From Planctomycetota bacterium (lineage in GTDB: Bacteria > Planctomycetota > Phycisphaerae > WQYP01), in the NCBI GenBank assembly GCA_021810145.1, contig JAJZJL010000004.1:3849-67848 (forward strand): a stretch of DNA of 64,000 bases, written 5' to 3'. How positions within the stretch are numbered: the stretch's first letter is position 1; each line of letters begins with the position of its first letter. The translations under genes were made by a program, and so were the position numbers. Below are positions 61,807 through 64,000 of the stretch, piece by piece. Below the pieces are notes generated by a model. It did not search any database and was not told where the DNA came from. It saw only the letters and a program-made list of their open reading frames with translations.

Positions 61807-62691
61807 ATGTTAAAACCATCACCCAATGTTCTCCGTTTGGGTATTCCCAAGGGTTCACTGGAAAATGCCACCGTTGATCTTTTTGCCAAAGCCGGCTGGC
61901 GGATTTCAATTAATGATCGCAGCTATTTTCCTTCAATTGATGACCCGGCCATCGAAGTCGTTCTCTTTCGTGCGCAGGAAATGTCCCGCTACGTTGAAGA
62001 AAACGTCATTGATGTCGGCCTCACCGGTTCCGACTGGATTAAGGAAAACAAGTCCGACGTACACGAAGTTGCAGAACTGGTCTACAGCAAAGCCACGAGC
62101 CGGCCGGCCCGTTGGGTGCTCGCCGTTCCGCAGGAATCCAGCGTGAAGGGGCCGGAAGACCTTCGCGACGGCGTTATTGCAACGGAACTGGTCAACGTTA
62201 CCAGACAATATTTTCACGATCGCAACATTCCCGTGCGTGTTGAATTCAGTTGGGGGGCAACGGAAGTAAAAGCACGGCTGCTCGATGCGATTGTCGATAT
62301 CACCGAAACCGGTTCGTCGATTCGTGCCAATAACCTCCGCATTATTGATACGCTTCTCACCAGCACCACCCGGTTGATTGCCAATCACACTGCCTGGCAG
62401 GAGCCTGTCAAGCGAGAAAAAATTGAAAATATTGCGCTGTTGCTGCAGGGGGCGATTAACGCGAGGGAAAAAATTGGGCTGAAACTCAATGCGCCCAAGG
62501 AAAAGCTGGAAGCCGTTCTGAAAATACTTCCAGCTGAAAAATCGCCTACAATCTCGGCTCTGGCGGATGGTTCCTGGATCGCCGTAGAAGTGATAATCGA
62601 AGAAAAAATGGAACGCGAGATTATACCGCTGCTTAAGCGGGCCGGAGCGACGGGCCTTATCAGTTATCCTCTTAACAAGGTCATCGCATGA
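61807..62691 (+). CDS. hisG: ATP phosphoribosyltransferase (long form with C-terminal regulatory domain)
   Basis: LRLGIPKGSL...TGSDWIKEN pattern. 294 aa. ggag RBS. Confidence 0.9.
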   Translation: MLKPSPNVLRLGIPKGSLENATVDLFAKAGWRISINDRSYFPSIDDPAIEVVLFRAQEMSRYVEENVIDVGLTGSDWIKENKSDVHEVAELVYSKATSRPARWVLAVPQESSVKGPEDLRDGVIATELVNVTRQYFHDRNIPVRVEFSWGATEVKARLLDAIVDITETGSSIRANNLRIIDTLLTSTTRLIANHTAWQEPVKREKIENIALLLQGAINAREKIGLKLNAPKEKLEAVLKILPAEKSPTISALADGSWIAVEVIIEEKMEREIIPLLKRAGATGLISYPLNKVIA

Positions 62692-62996
62692 TCAGGTTTC
62701 CACCTGTCCGGTTTTTTCGATTTGGCGGTATTGCCTGCGGACCGGCAATCATGCTGACGATGTTTATTCTTGCGGCGGCGTTTACAGCATGGGCCAGCCC
62801 GGTGTCCGCGGCAATCGCGCCAATGCATAGCGCTGATGCCGGCTTGGTTGCCGTGCCTAAAGATCCGGAGTGGGCCAAGTATGTTCTGCTCGCGGTCATC
62901 TGGACGCTGGTCATTGCCGCGGTCATCGGACCGATGTACCGATTTTTACACCGTAAATCCGTTTCGTCGGATATGATTAAATACCGCGGATGGTAG
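62688..62996 (+). CDS. Small two-TM membrane protein, hypothetical
   Basis: ATGA overlap with the hisG stop. Two hydrophobic helices. Confidence 0.35.
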   Translation: MIRFPPVRFFRFGGIACGPAIMLTMFILAAAFTAWASPVSAAIAPMHSADAGLVAVPKDPEWAKYVLLAVIWTLVIAAVIGPMYRFLHRKSVSSDMIKYRGW

Positions 62997-63059
62997 TATT
63001 AAATTCCAGTTGGATTTCCGGGTAACGCATTCCGGAAGTCAATAGTTAAGGAGTCCATT

Positions 63060-63560
63060 ATGGCAGCCGATTCATCATTTGATATCGTCAATGAAGTCAA
63101 CCTTCAGGAACTTGACAATGCGGTTGTACAGGCGCAAAAGGAAATTGCCACGCGTTTCGATTTCCGTGGCACCGCAGCCGCCGTTTCAGAACTGGATAAA
63201 AAAGAAAAGCTCATCACCGTAACCGCGGATGATGAAACCCAGCTTGATGCCGTGATTCAGGTCCTGATCTCCAAAATGGTCAAGCGCGGAGTTGATGCCC
63301 GAAGTCTGGACAGACAAAAACTGGAAGCGGCAACGCACAAAACCGTTCGGCAGAAAATTAAACTTAAAAGCGGAATTGATCGTGAAACGGCCAAGGCGCT
63401 GCAAAAGCGGATCAAGGATCTGGGGTTAAAGGTTAACGCCAGTATCCAAGGTGAATCTTTGCGCGTCAGCGGCGCAAAAAAAGATGATCTGCAGGCGGTG
63501 ATGGCGGACCTGCGGGCCAAACCTCCGGAAATTCCGATTCAGTTTAACAATTATCGATGA
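63060..63560 (+). CDS. yajQ: YajQ family (UPF0234) nucleotide/c-di-GMP-binding protein
   Basis: SFDIVNEV...RFDFRG pattern. 166 aa. aaggag RBS. Confidence 0.8.
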   Translation: MAADSSFDIVNEVNLQELDNAVVQAQKEIATRFDFRGTAAAVSELDKKEKLITVTADDETQLDAVIQVLISKMVKRGVDARSLDRQKLEAATHKTVRQKIKLKSGIDRETAKALQKRIKDLGLKVNASIQGESLRVSGAKKDDLQAVMADLRAKPPEIPIQFNNYR

Positions 63561-63667
63561 ATTTTTCTTGGCGTTCCCATCGATGCGGGGTTATGCTAAC
63601 AATTATTGGCTCACGCGCATTACGCCGGGTTGATGAGCCTGCAATGGTGCTGAAAATGTTGAAATCA

Positions 63668-64000
63668 ATGAAACGAAAAAAAGTTGCCGCGACAGCAGTT
63701 CTCAGTGGGCTTATGATCCTCGCCCTTGCGGCGTGTTCGGATCAGCCGCAGCGGCCGGCGCGACCACCGATTTCTCTGCAGGACATGCACCTCAAGCCTT
63801 CGATTTATCCCGCCCTGCGCGGAACCATTCGGTCTGTTGCCGCATTGGCCTATTCAAGTCCGATCATTGTGCGGGGCTGGGGAGTTGTTGCCGGCCTGCC
63901 GAATACCGGCAGCGGTGAAATGCCTCCGGGCATTCGCAATATTCTCGCCAATCGCCTGCTGAAAAACGGCGCGGGATATCTAAGCCGTGGAACTCAGCAG
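63668..64000 (+). CDS. Lipoprotein with FlgI (flagellar P-ring)-like N-terminal motif; 5' partial, truncated by window end
   Basis: Lipobox LALAAC. Segment IRSVAALAYSSPIIVRGWGVVAGLPNTGSG aligns by eye with the FlgI N-terminus IRD..SVQGVR.N.L.GYGLVVGL.GTGD. No stop before the window end. Confidence 0.35.
   Translation, partial: MKRKKVAATAVLSGLMILALAACSDQPQRPARPPISLQDMHLKPSIYPALRGTIRSVAALAYSSPIIVRGWGVVAGLPNTGSGEMPPGIRNILANRLLKNGAGYLSRGTQQ

Overview
High-GC bacterial chromosomal segment, most likely from a member of the Planctomycetota or a close PVC relative. The lineage call rests on a DUF1559 prepilin-type H-X9-DG protein, a DUF1573 protein with the GCGCT motif, a protein built from two RNA-polymerase alpha-CTD repeats, an AroD-AroE fusion and a type III glutamine synthetase.

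Most of the window is ordinary housekeeping:
- hisF, an M20 peptidase, gyrB, uvrB and an Mpg-type glycosylase;
- tRNA-Ala(UGC) and cysK;
- a pentose-phosphate block: short-form gnd, zwf, tal, pgi;
- nfo, aroDE, glnN (GSIII), a PAP2 phosphatase;
- nusA-infB-rbfA, hisG and yajQ.

Signalling genes are a sigma-54 GAF/AAA+ activator, a hybrid sensor kinase and a REC/HD-GYP response regulator.

The main accessory feature is an ~11.3 kb insertion between the gyrB upstream region and the 3' end of uvrB. It is flanked by two ~325-bp direct repeats (~98% identical) that each carry the last 37 codons of uvrB plus its downstream sequence. This is an attL/attR-like architecture, but there is no recognisable integrase, transposase or phage gene. 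The cargo is entirely envelope and secreted proteins:
- a 1139-aa membrane-anchored protein with Reg_prop-like beta-propeller repeats and two in-frame repeated low-complexity modules;
- a small cysteine-rich secreted protein;
- a translationally coupled operon: secreted hypothetical protein, DUF1573 protein, MauE-like membrane domain fused to a thioredoxin-like CxxC domain, and a DUF1559 H-X9-DG prepilin-like protein;
- two paralogous secreted proteins.

Other points of interest:
- two tandem radical SAM/SPASM enzymes coupled to an NMO-family flavoenzyme, with a palindromic operator facing a divergent PNPOx-like gene;
- a divergently oriented pair of paralogous c-type cytochromes;
- a near-consensus sigma-54 promoter upstream of glnN.

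No CRISPR array, rRNA or transposase was seen. All functional calls are read by eye from protein motifs, with no database search.
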